Shown here piece after piece: positions 11,840 to 23,489 of a DNA stretch of 64,000 nt (position 1 is its first letter; every line of letters starts with the position of its first letter). The notes under the pieces are model-generated. The model was given only the letters and a program-made list of their open reading frames with translations. It did no database searches and had not been told where the DNA came from. The stretch is from NCBI RefSeq assembly GCF_000143415.4, contig NW_003314297.1, positions 744,001 through 808,000 of the forward strand, given 5' to 3'. The position numbers and the translations under genes are program-made. Source of the DNA: Selaginella moellendorffii. Its lineage: Eukaryota > Plantae > Lycopodiophyta.

Positions 11840-13669
11840 ATGGAAAAGAAATATGAAACAAAATGGAAATTGTCTTTCTTAAAGTTTCCTTGCTCGAGTA
11901 ATAGCTATCTCCTTGGTCTAGGAAAGACAATCGTGGTAAGCTGCCTCTCAACACTGCTACTGGAGAAATTGTTAGAGGTAAAGGACGATGCCAGGTTCAA
12001 CATGAAACTATGGGAGGTTGGTCCTCCTCAAGTTGAAGATTTCAAGAACATGATGGACAACGTAGTCAAGACGGACCTGCATGTATCACTGACTGGAGAC
12101 GGGAATGTCTGGATCAAGCAGGTGTTGGCTCTGCGTTGCCTTCATGCGGCAGTGACTGCGATTTCTACACGAAGTTATAGTAATATGCTCGCATCTTTGG
12201 AACGCAGGGCCCCAGACTCTTGACGATGTAATAGTTTTCATCAGGCGCGGGTTGGGATTTGGTGAAGGTGAAAGGATTTTCCTTTCGTGGTATTTTGACG
12301 GGCGAACAAGGCGACGACGGGTGCATCATGGTTGCAGCATATGTTCTCGGAGGATGTTTCCTGGTTCAAACACGACCATGGTAGTGAGACTTCGTGCTGT
12401 TTACTGCAGCGACAACACGGCATTCTGTAGCATCACTCGCAGGGACAGGCACCGGACATGCGCAGACGCTCCATATTCCTCTGCCACCTTTAACAAATGA
12501 CGACATGAATGAAGTGGCCCAGATATTCTTTGACAGGGTGGTGAAAAAACCAGGGGCCTCGTGTCACGCTTACAGATGAGTGGAAGAAGGTGATCTGCAT
12601 TGCGGGCGGTAACCGGAGAACGCTCTCATTCCTTATCAACTCTCTGGTGACAGAGCTCCCACGGCCTATTAGTCTGCATGAACTGGACAGGGAGCTGCAG
12701 GAGGGATTGGATAAAAGGAAAGTAAGGAGCATGCTTGACAACCCTGTTTAGCAGTCAGTACTTACAGCAAAGGCAAAACGCGCTTGATACTCCAGGCCAT
12801 ACACTTCTCAACTAGGAGTTCCTGTGACACGAGGGGAGAAAGCGTGGGACAGTGATGACACTTGGGGTGATCTTGAAGGACAAGGCATAGTTGGTTTGAT
12901 TCAAGTAGAGCGAGATCGTCCACTAAGAAAAGCACACAAGGTGTCTGGACCTGTGACCCCAAATTTGCTGCAGTTCCGTGTCAGGTTCCTGCCCCTGGTA
13001 GCTTACTGCGTGACACACTTATCTGGCAGCGAATTAAGGGATCTATGGCCGCCCTTGACTTCATCAACAAGGAGGATGCGGACGTGCTTGAATTTGCATT
13101 TATGATTCGGCTGAAAACGCTATTGAATAACGGTGAGCATACTTTCCATTTCGCATCTCATCCTTGTATTTTGCAGGTGCACCTTTCACGCTAGGTGATA
13201 TCGTACCACGCCACACATGGTTGAGTGATGACCTCCATCACATGCAGCTCCAGTTGCCTTCACCACCGAGTAAGTTCGACTTGGGGTTGGCCTGTACTTG
13301 GCTTACCAACTTCGTGATCCTGCAGACAGTGTACAGTGGGACATTGTTCAACCAGAAAAAGCACCATGTTCGAAGCAAGAGTTTTTCGATCTCGTGGCTT
13401 GTCATCCAGGGTCTTTAATCTATAGACTGTCAAAGAACTCGTACACGGATACAATCATGAAGCTTGAGAGGAGGATATTCAAAAGGGATGGTGAGGTGGA
13501 GGCAAAAGTTATTTTCATGCACATGGAAAGGAAGTACAGGTGCAAGAGCACTCTCCTTGATTGGGGGCTTAGTGAGGAAAGAGGTGATTCACATTCATTG
13601 GACAGATCATGTGGCAGAGCTGCTGGAGAACATGCCAGGGATTCCAAAATAAATTGTGATTGGAGGTAA
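11840..13669 (+). pseudogene. Decayed P-loop NTPase (+ possible nuclease) gene, Crinkler/CR-protein-like
   Basis: Collinear frameshifted fragments: GLGKT (Walker A-like), IFLSWYFDG (Walker B-like), LHIPLPPLT, IAGGNRRTL (GGxPR-like), C-terminal YTDTIMKL...VIFMHMERKY. Confidence 0.4.
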
Positions 13670-14269
13670 ATTTGGCAAGGAGAGCCTGGAGAGCTCATTT
13701 GAGTTGTTTAATTGTGTGAGGTCGTTGTTATTGTTGACTCTAAAAATATTTCTGTTATTGTACTGTGTTATTTATTTGAACACACAAGCCGACCTATTAT
13801 TATTAGACTTATTGTAAAGCAAGAAGCATGAATTAATATGTATGACATTGGGAGCATCTAAGTGCTAGGTGACATCAATTTATTACATTCTATACTCAGG
13901 CTGGAATGAGATTCTTGAAAGGAGTCTGCATTTTGGTGGCAGTGTCACAAGAATCAAGTGGGGAGTCAAAGTGACTATCAAATGAGAGTGGATTTGAAGT
14001 GAACATTGATTTACTCTAAATTCATTCCATAATGTCAGCAGGATTTAGGGCTTTAATGTTTAACTCTACACCATGCGCTTTTAAATTTGAAATGACGTTA
14101 GTGGAGAGCTACATGCAGATGATAAGTTTTGAGGGTTATAAAGTTGCATTAACTCACATTTGTTCTGAGAGAGTGATTTGGAGGCTGGTCTTAAACCGAT
14201 GAGGGATGAGGCTCTACTTATGCTATGGAAGCCACCCAAACGACTTGGGATGTTTGAGAAGATTTCAGT

Positions 14270-15028
14270 GATATTAGTTTGATGCTTGAGGCTGAGTCTC
14301 CCTTCTGCATGGAGCGACAGTGCCATATCCAAGAAGCTCAGGTAGTAACAACTTGTAACATGTTGATGAAATCCTCGTTGGGCAGTGATCCACTGCAGAG
14401 AGTTCCAAACTATCCAGAAGAACTGGAAACCTTGCAGCTCCAGCAATTGAAAGATGAGGAGAAGATGCTGTTGCAGTGCCGATATGGGCTGGAAGTGTTT
14501 CGGCATTTCCCCCCTCCCAAACTTATGAGATCCTATGTTTAAAAACATTAACAATAAAGTACCCTACCTTTGCCTTCCTCACTCAGATACGAAGACATGA
14601 ACTAACAAATGTGTAAATGTCGGTTAAACAAACAAACTTTTTTAATTTGCTTATGCGCATGAAGCGACATACATCTGCTTGTTCATAACCAGTGTATATT
14701 ATTAAATCAAGAAAATAAGTAAATAAGCATGAGAAAACAAAAAAAAACCTTGATTCGCTTGTAGAACGTGGTTTACAAGTCCAGCGAGCTCTTAGGGCTC
14801 TCGGGTGAGCGAGTTTTGAAACCTGTGGAAAGAAATAAAGGAAAAAAGTTGACAGTCTTCCAAGTGAAGAAAGCCTTCCATCCAGGAGTACAGCATTGGA
14901 TATCTGGTGATATCTCATTGGATCTCATTAAGAGCTCGACTCGAAATCTCTTGGTTGTAGTTGGAGATGAGATCTACTTGAATATGACCAAGAGAAAAGA
15001 AAACCTTCGGTGGTTCCAGAGCTCCTAA
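14270..15028 (+). pseudogene. Fragments of an unidentified gene
   Basis: Two coding-looking ORF segments (87 and 86 aa) separated by AT-rich DNA; no motif recognised. Confidence 0.2.
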
Positions 15029-15511
15029 AACTGCAAGTCTTGCAAGCGAAGCAATTCTCTCTAACTCCATTGAATGAGGACACTTCCACTACTGCGTGCC
15101 AAGCTTGATTCATCACCTTCCAGAACGAATCATGACTTCAGGAAAGAAACCAAGAAAAAGATAATCTGCTGCATAGTTTTATTTATTGTGAATATTAATT
15201 ATTTTTACTTTTCTTACACACATGTTTATTATTTAAAAATATAGGATTAATCTGATTAGTTAGAAAAATAATAATTTATAAACATTTTTTAAGCAAAAAA
15301 CAAAAATAGCAACACTTGGTTTGCTTAATAGTAGTGTTATACTTATTAATTCAATTGATCAAATAAAGTTTATGATTATAAGCATGTTTGTAATTTACAA
15401 AACACAAGATTAATCTTATTGCATATCAACCATTAGATAATAGAAAAAAGAATATACTACAAAGGGTTTAAGAAAATTTATAAATAACCGGAGAGCGAAC
15501 AACGACGGACT

Positions 15512-16400
15512 CATAAGAGCCAGGTTTGGCAGAGCTTGCAGTAGGCACGAAAATTTCCATCCAAACTGACTCCTACCTCAGTGCTGTGTCCGTTCAGATT
15601 GAAAATGAAATCATCGGCTTGCCACTGAATCGCAGCAAAAAGCTTATAATCTATACAAAACTTCATCATCAATTCAAATACTAGCAAACTTACAATTTCG
15701 TAAGAGTTCCATTTGGTCCAGGTAACGTAGTGCAGGTAATGTAATGTAATGAGTAATTGTATGACTACTCCTGATGACGAAAACTGCCATTAGAAGCTGA
15801 CAGAAAATCAAACATTTCATATCTCAATTTGGCGGGGACATAGAATCATTCGAACCGGTCAAGTCAACTGCGCGTAGGTAGTCAAGGAGACTTTGGCCAG
15901 ATGGATATCCTGCTGCATCCTCTACGTGAGGCTTTCGACTTGCCTGTGAGGAAAACTGAAATGCATCGAGTCCAGAAAATGCAATCATGTCGTGCATTTG
16001 GTTCAAACAAAACGGCACCACCAGCTCAAGCTTGAAGTTCGTTAAGCGACATCTGCGTAGACCTATAAAGAATTTGAAAAACCAGCACTAGATTTACTGC
16101 AAAACTAATAGGCATACCCAATGAGGTCATGCCAACCATTTCCCTTGTAACTGAAGCAGTCACTGACCAAAGGCCGATCCTGGAAAATTCAGCTGTTTTT
16201 GGTTTACCTTAGTTGTTGTAATGTTTGTGAAACAATAAGCAAGCAAAACATCAACTTACACTCTTGGAAAAGAAGTCTTTGTTATCTAGATCACAAGTCT
16301 GCATCTCTTCTAAGTTTATGGAGGGTGTTAACCATGCTATGCTCTTCACTCCCGTTTTGATTGTTCCCCCATCGGCCTTTTGCTGATTGTCCAGGTAGAG
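15512..16400 (-). pseudogene. Intron-containing gene relic, possibly periplasmic-binding (ANF-receptor/GLR amino-terminal) fold
   Basis: Exon-like pieces with GT/AG borders and internal stops: GQSLLDYLRAVDLTGSN, DDFIFNLNGHSTEVGVSLDG. Confidence 0.25.
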
Positions 16401-16516
16401 CAAGAAACATACTTTAATTCAACGTGATCTACATCACATTTCTCTATTCGTAAAACTTTGATAAATAGCCCTACGTAAAGCTTAAAACGAGTGGGGTTTT
16501 GCTAGGGCTTGAAGAA

Positions 16517-19034
16517 ATGGGCGACATGATGCCGCCTCCGCCTGCTGTGTTTCGTCCTCCGCCGCCCCCAATCGCTGCGCTGCACCCGCCAGCTCCGCCG
16601 GATGTCGACGACAAGAAGAAGATCGTCGCTCCAGCTCGGCCCTACGACATTCCCGAGTGGAGCCACGCACCGGGTAAACCCTACTTTCTCGAGGTGCTCA
16701 AGGATGGATCAATTCTGGAGGAGCTTCCAGTGTGAGTTTCTCGTCATTGCTTGTGTCGAACTATTCTCATGGATGTTCTTACAGCTCGGAGAAGGGCGCT
16801 TACATGTTTGGGAGGCACGAGAACTGTGATTTTGCGCTGGATCATCCCAGCATTTCTCGGCACCATGCTGGTGAGTGAGTTTTCTGTGTTTCTTCTCATC
16901 TTCTACTTCATTTTTCTGGTATCAGTTCTTCAGTACAACAGCAATGGGGATGCGTTCATCTTCGACTTGAGCAGCACTCATGGCACTTTCGTCAACAAGC
17001 TAAAGGTTGGAATTTTTTTTCCATTTCTTGAGATGTCGAGAGATACGAGTCTCTTTTGTTCAGGTAAAAGCTAAAGTTCACGTTCCTGTACACGTTGGAA
17101 GTATCTTTCGCTTCGGTCTGTAAGTTTCATGCTAGTTCTCAGTCTAGTATCGATTAACCGGTGCCTATCCTTTTGTAGCTCTACTCGAATGTACCTCTTT
17201 CAAGGCCCAGAAGAACTTATGCCTCAGGTATGTTTTGAGCTGTGGCGAGAAAAATCGAACTGAGTGACTTGCTGCTAGGAAGGGTTGTCACGGAAAGACC
17301 GGCAGATAATGAGGCAGCTTGAAGCTCAGCAGTCGAAAGAGGAGGAAGAGGCCTCTCTTTTAAGAGCACGAGCTGATGCTGCAGCCGAGCAAGGGGCATC
17401 GTGGGGAATGGGAGAAGACGCTGTTGATGAAGAAGCTGTGGTAAGTACTTCAGCGTTCTCATGTGATCGTTTATCTGGTATTTTGTTTTTATACTTGGCA
17501 GGAAGACGATTTGACATGGCAATCGTACAAGGGGCAGTTGACGGAAAAGCAACAGAAAACCATGGAACAAATCCAAAAACGCAACGATAAGGTCTGTTTC
17601 CTTGTTCATCAAGACGATCCAAATGACTACTTCTTCGGCAATACAGCTTACGAACCTGAAAAAGGAAATTGATGCAATCCAAGCTAAAGAAGCTGCACAG
17701 GGAGGCCTCACTCAAGGACAGCAAACACAAGTAACCCGAAATGAAAAGAGGATTGAAGAGGTATTTATTTTCTACGTATTCTGGCTTTGTAATGATCGTT
17801 TTCTTTTTTGGTCAGCTCCTGGAGCAGCTTGAAAATCTTGAGGAAACTCTAAACGACAGCATAAAGGAGAGTGTCTTCGGAATAACAGGCGTTAAACGGA
17901 AAACTAAAAACTTTGAGGGGGAGGAAGAAGATGATTTAAGGTAAGCCTTGGTCAGTGTTCTCCTCGTTACTTATTCGTCCGTCTTCTGCCAGCGACGACG
18001 ACTTTTATGACCGGACGAAAAAGAAACATAAGAAGGACACGGAGGCTCAGAGCGCAGCCTCTCTTCTGGAAAAGCTTGATCAGCTAGCGAAAGAGATGGA
18101 GGAAGTGCGCTTAAAACTCATTGGAGAAGGAAAGAAACCTATGCCTTCCAGTCATGAGGAAGGTTCTGACGACCCCTTGGATGCTTATATGAGTAACGTT
18201 TCTACTGAATTAGGTGAGTTTTCAGTCTTATGCTGAAGTACTTCGATTCTTAACTAGGGCCTTCTTTGCGCAGTTGAAGATGGTGCCACACGGTTGAGAA
18301 CGGAGCTGGACAGGCTTCAGGCTGAAACAGATAAAGTGTCTACGCTCTTGAAAGTTGCAGATCCCACCGGGGAAATCACCAAAAAATGGAAAACCAAAGG
18401 TGACGAAAGCTCCCAGCCTTCTGAAGTGCCACCTGAAAAGAGCGGCACTACTTTGGACGCTAACAAACCCGACCAAGAAGCTGGCGTAATCTCCGACAGC
18501 GTTATTTGGATCGGCGCTCCCCGGCCTCAGGAGCCAGCCGAAGAGCCCGCATCTGAACGCGCGGAAGCTGCCGAAGAGGACGCTGCTGCGGAGGACAAGT
18601 TTGTGCCTTACAAAGAATGGAAGGAGAGTTTGCAACGGCATAATCCAACATCATTGCTGCCAGGCGGGCGTGAAGATGCTGAGAAAGTCTCGGAGGACGC
18701 TGTGGCCAACGACATCGCGCTGCTGCTAAGACACAAGAAGGGATTGACGAGCAGCCCCGAAGCGACCGAGCGCGAGGAGGAAACAGCTGCAGAAGCTCCT
18801 CCAACAAAGACGAAGAGTAAAAAGAAGAAAGCCAAGGAGAAGCGGACGCTGGGTCCTGAGCGTCCAAAGTTCATGGCCGATGAAGAGACGGAATTTGAGT
18901 CGTGGGTCCCTCCTGTCGGTAAGTTCTGGCTTTGTTTGTATGATTTCTCTCAAGACTTGTTCGTTTCTCTTGTTTTCTATCCAGGACAAACGGGCGATGG
19001 TAGAACATCGCTGAACGAGAAATATGGCTACTAG
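16517..19034 (+). CDS. Kanadaptin (SLC4A1AP)-like FHA-domain protein
   Basis: YDIPEWSH..YFLEVLKDG; FHA motifs FGRHENCDFALDHPSISRHHA and DLSSTHGTFVNK; DDDFYDRT; DPLDAYM; C-terminal signature QTGDGRTSLNEKYGY*. Confidence 0.92.
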
Positions 19035-19140
19035 CTAGGTGAACTTGCTGAGAATTCTCTGTACAGTGATACTGACAAGGTTTTTTAAATGCTTTCCTGA
19101 GGAAGAAACTTGAGTTCTTTCTAGGGTTCTACCAGTGCTC

Positions 19141-20260
19141 ATGGTCAGTGCAATGGGTTCCTTAATCGTTGGTGGTGGCGGCCTGATGTTTGGAGGGAGG
19201 CAGTATCACCATAGAATGCCGGCAGTGGGTTCGCCAGCTTTTCCGTCAGTAACAGCTATTGGTGTGAAGAGCAAGGGGTTGAAGTTCGGAAGTTTTGGGA
19301 TTTGTCGAGCTGTTCGTGATCCAGAAGAAGCTCCAGAGCTAAGAAACTCCAAAAAGAACGAAGCTGCGGACGAGAACAAGGATCCTGGGATTGACAGGCG
19401 CGAGCTGTTTCTCTCGATTCTCGACGATGTCAAGATCATTGGTGTGGTTCTCGCCGCTTCGATATTTTTCCGGTGGTACGTTGCAGACCCGAGCATCATT
19501 CCGTCCGAGTCTATGTCTCCAACGTTGCAGCCTGGAGATATTGTGCTCGTTGAAAAGGTAAAGCTTTCTCTTTTGATAGTTCTTTCTTATTCATGCGCAT
19601 GGCTCTCTTTTTCCCAGTTTTCATATCGATTCAACTCTCCTGACATCAATGATATTGTCACGTTTGATGGTCCTGCGTCACTGATGGTGAGCGAATGGAT
19701 TTTTTTCCTGGCTTGAGAACTGAAATTAACTTCTTATATCGTCAGCGAGGTGCTGGAGATTTATTCATCAAGCGAATCGTTGCCAAAGCGGGCGACACTG
19801 TTGAAGTAAGCTATGCAAAGTTCAATGGCTCCGTTTCTAAAACGTCTGCAGGTGTCCGACGGAAAACTCATTGTCAATGGAATTACGAAAGAAGAACCTT
19901 TCGTCTCGGAAGCCGCAATTTATGACATGCCTTCGGTGGTACGCATCTCGGATTGTTTCTCTCTTTTTTGAGTCTGAGAATTTCGCATTTCCTTGTAGCT
20001 TGTACCTGATGGTCACGTCTTCGTTATGGGAGACAACAGGAACAACAGCTATGATTCGCACATATGGTAAAAGCAAAGTGGAACCCGTCATTAGCTATCG
20101 GTTTTGCTGATCATCGTTCCCTGTTCTTTCTAGGGGCCCTCTTCCTGTGTCGAGCATCCGGGGCCGCTCCGTCTTGAGGTACTGGCCTTTAACAAGGCTC
20201 GGCAGCACACTTGGTTGGATTCGTCAATCAACGCGAGGAGTTTTGACTTCCACTTTCTAA
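19141..20260 (+). CDS. Thylakoidal processing peptidase / type I signal peptidase (Plsp1/TPP-like)
   Basis: Transit-peptide-like N-terminus; catalytic Ser box IPSESMSPTLQPGD; Lys box FIKRIVAKAGD; VMGDNRNNSYDSHIWGPLP; RYWP; stop TAA 20258-20260. Confidence 0.9.
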
Positions 20261-20533
20261 AGGTTGGTGGTGGTGGTAGCTAGGTAGTTGCTTTCGTCCA
20301 TCCCCGCGTGGGCTTTCCTCCCAAGAGAGAAAACTTTGCAAGAGATTTTGACGATTCACTATCCTTTTCTCTTCTGTTCTTCCAGACTGAACGTCTTGGT
20401 CGATGCCATATGCGTGACAACCGAAAAGCACCGAAAAGCCGAGCTAGTGGAAGACGAAGTGGACATCGAAGAATAGCTACAGGAACACGAGTTTATTGCC
20501 AAGCGAAAACGAAACTGACCGAAGCAACAGCAA

Positions 20534-21199
20534 CTAACAAGCGAGCCGACGATGAATCAGTCCAGCAATGGCAAGAACACCAAAGAACGACGAGAAACTC
20601 AGCGACGACGAAGCAGCGGAGGAGCCAGACGGCGAAGAGCCACCGGGGGAGGACGAAGAGCCGCCGGGTGATGTCGAGGAGCCACTCCTGATCTCGTCCG
20701 AGTGCTGGAAAGTTACGTTGAAGTGGAGGACTGCCGAGAAGTTGACGCTGGAGGTAGTGGTGATAACAGCGAAGCCTTGAGCAAACCTGTAGATGCCGGT
20801 GCCTCCGACGATGGCGATCTCGCGAGTTGGGTCCGTTATCTTGTCCGATCCATGGAAGCTCAGAGTACCATTCCGGTCAGAGAAGACGGCGGTGAAAGTG
20901 AGAAGAATGGTGGAGGCGTCGAGGGAGGTGACCAAGTAAGTTCCTTGAGCTCGGCCCAAGGATGTGGAAGTCGGGGAGGGGCCGAGAGTGAGGGCGTCGT
21001 CGATGATGATGACGGTGCCAAAGGCGAAGGTTGTGGTGCTGCCGTTTGCTCCGGCTACTGGGATTCCAGAGGGGTTGGAGACGAAGACGTTATCGTGCAT
21101 ATAGAACTCGAAGCTCGTCTGCTGCTCGCTCTGGCACCTGGAGCTGGGAATTATCCAGGCGAGAGCTGCCAGCGCTAGCGCGAGGAAGTGGTACTTCAT
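20534..21199 (-). CDS. Dirigent protein with Ser/Gly/Pro-rich and hydrophobic C-terminal extension (single exon)
   Basis: Signal peptide; dirigent motifs FYMHD, FGTVIIIDDALT, LGRAQG, IAIVGGTGIYRFAQG. Confidence 0.92.
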   Translation of the reverse strand: MKYHFLALALAALAWIIPSSRCQSEQQTSFEFYMHDNVFVSNPSGIPVAGANGSTTTFAFGTVIIIDDALTLGPSPTSTSLGRAQGTYLVTSLDASTILLTFTAVFSDRNGTLSFHGSDKITDPTREIAIVGGTGIYRFAQGFAVITTTSSVNFSAVLHFNVTFQHSDEIRSGSSTSPGGSSSSPGGSSPSGSSAASSSLSFSSFFGVLAIAGLIHRRLAC

Positions 21200-21500
21200 C
21201 GGAGATCCGGAGAGGAGAAATAAGCGTTGGAGCAGCAGAGAACTTACAGAGCGAATCGGAAGAGACCAAGTTATCTCTACCAGAGACGAAAGATCTCGAG
21301 CAATGTTCTCGGAAGAAATTCTAGAGAGGAAAGATCTGTGAGAACTTTGAAGACAATCTATCTGCACTTGAATTGCTCTTTTCTTACGTTCTTATTAGGT
21401 GGACTCCACAAGACCTTAGGTAGTGCGTTGCGAGGAGTAAGTCTAGGCGCAAGAGGTGCCCGGTTCGAGTCCCTTGAGAAAGAGGATATTTTCTTGACGA

Positions 21501-21508
21501 GAATATCC
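21501..21508. promoter_or_regulatory. P1BS (PHR1-binding site, GNATATNC)
   Basis: GAATATCC 55 bp upstream of the SPX ATG; SPX genes are established PHR1 targets. Confidence 0.7.
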
Positions 21509-21562
21509 ACCTTTCCCACTTCACTTTAATCGCCAGGGCGTTCTAGGGTTCTTCGCGCGGTG

Positions 21563-22834
21563 ATGAAATTCGGTAAGCGATTGCAGCAGCAGATCGAGGA
21601 GACGCTGCCGGAATGGCAGGACAAATTCCTCTCGTACAAGCAGCTCAAGAAGCGCCTCAAGCTCATCGCGGCCGAGTGCTTCACCGATCACCCGTTTGGC
21701 GGCCACCAGGAGCAGCAGCAGCGGCGGCGGCCAGCGAATTCCAGCAACGAGAGCAGCGGCAGCGTCACTGGGCCGGCTGCCAGTAATGCGGATCGTCAAT
21801 TCCAGGAGAATGAAGAGGGGCGGGGGCTCACGAGCCAGGAGGTGGAATTCATCCGGCTGCTCAATCTGGAGCTCGAGAAGTTCAACGCGTTCTTCATCGA
21901 TAAGGAGGAGGAATACGTTATTCGCTTGCAGGTATTTCTTTTCTTTTGCTCGATTGATCGATCGACAAAGACTTTAGTGGAGGATAAGTGCTGATGTCGT
22001 GCTTCCTTTTTTTCTTTCCTTCTTGTTTAATTCTTTTCCAGGAACTCAAGGAGAGGATCGAACGGGCGAGAGTGGAAAACGCCGAAAGCTCTTTGTCAGG
22101 TGGTCCCTATTTTGACGAGGAGATGCTTAATATCTGGAAGGACTTAGTCACCTTTCACGGGGAGATGGTGCTTCTCGAGAACTATAGCTCGCTCAATTAC
22201 ACAGGTACACGCAAGCTTGAAATCTTTGCTCTTGGCTTCTTCTATGATCTAAGCAACCGCTTTTCTTCTTTTTTCTTCCATTCCATTTGGAACAGGCCTG
22301 GTGAAAATCCTAAAGAAGCACGACAAGACAACAGGAGCTCTCTTGAGGCTTCCATTCATTCGCAAGGTCCTGCACCAGCCGTTTTACAAGACGGAGCTCC
22401 TCTCCAAGCTCGTCCGGGAGTGCGAGAGCAATCTCCAGTCCATCTTCCCGGCTGCGATGCTGGGCGAGACGGTGATCGATGGGCCAGTGTCCATGGATCC
22501 GGCTAAAGTGAGAGACACGTCACAAGCTGGAGTATCATCGTCGGTGGCAGCAGTGGGATCATCTTCATCAGCAGCAGCGAAGGAGGAAGAAGTGGAAGAA
22601 CAAAAAAAAGAGCTCGAGGGCGAGGGAGGAGGCGATGGAGAGAAAGCAGAGTGCTCGTCCCCAAAGCAGGAGGATGGGAATATGGAAGGGATTTACAGGA
22701 GCACAGTGGCAGCGCTCCACACTATCCAGGAGCTTCGCAAAGGCAGCTCCACTTACAGCCCACTCTCACTGCCGCTCTTCAATCGCGAGGAGAATCTGGG
22801 CGTCGTGGTGGACGAGTCCACTGTGTCGTGCTAG
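21563..22834 (+). CDS. SPX: SPX-domain-only protein (exons 21563-21931, 22042-22204, 22296-22834)
   Basis: MKFGKRL...[70 protein letters not shown]; splice phases consistent. Confidence 0.95.
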
Positions 22835-22980
22835 CGGCGAGCTCTTGATCGAATACAAAACTCGCTGGCGCTTGTACCCTGGTTTTCATATTTTCTGGCG
22901 CGTCAAATCTGGACCGGTGGTGTTTTTAGGGTTCTTGGAGAGCTGACAAGCGAATCAAAGTTAACCTTTTTTAAAACCCT

Positions 22981-23444
22981 GTGGAGAACATGGGCTCAAG
23001 TAAGTTAAATATCTCTTCTTTTTTCTTCCTATTGTTACCAGGCTTCTGGAAGACGAGGCCGAGCGCCTGTGTCAAATCGAGAACCAGCTACACCACTTAC
23101 AGGTATGAAGATTCAACTTCCATTTCAGTCCGTCCTTCGTGTTCTTTGTTTCTTTCATTCCCCAGGTAGAGGAGAGCATTTACACAGGCCATGAAGCAAC
23201 TGGAGACGACCAACACAACGAGTGAGTGGCGGACGAGGTACCTAGCAGTGAAATCGTTCCTCTTTCCTGATAACTTTGCGTTTTCTTCTGTGAATTCCCG
23301 AGTAGGATGACCATGAACTTTGCGGAGGAGCTTGATCGCGAGCTCGCCGAGGCTCTCAAAGGCCACACTCCAGGCAGCTGATCTCTTGAGAAAGGACGAC
23401 ACTGGCACTGCAGCACCCGAGGAAGCGTCCCAAGACAGTGAGTA
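22981..23444 (+). pseudogene. Decayed inverted copy of the small 4-exon gene at 35165-35746
   Basis: Reverse-complement match, introns included, with many short deletions (e.g. CTTCTGGAAGACGAGGCCGAGCG, GAGCTTGATCGCGAGCTCGCCGAGGCTCTCAA). Confidence 0.85.
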
Positions 23445-23489
23445 GAAGATAAAGTTTGCGACGATCGGGGGGTGTTTAGCAAGGATGCC

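Noticed and set aside
21200-21367. N-terminal extension of the dirigent ORF shown in the ORF track
   Set aside because: Begins at a non-ATG codon; the signal peptide starts at the ATG at 21199
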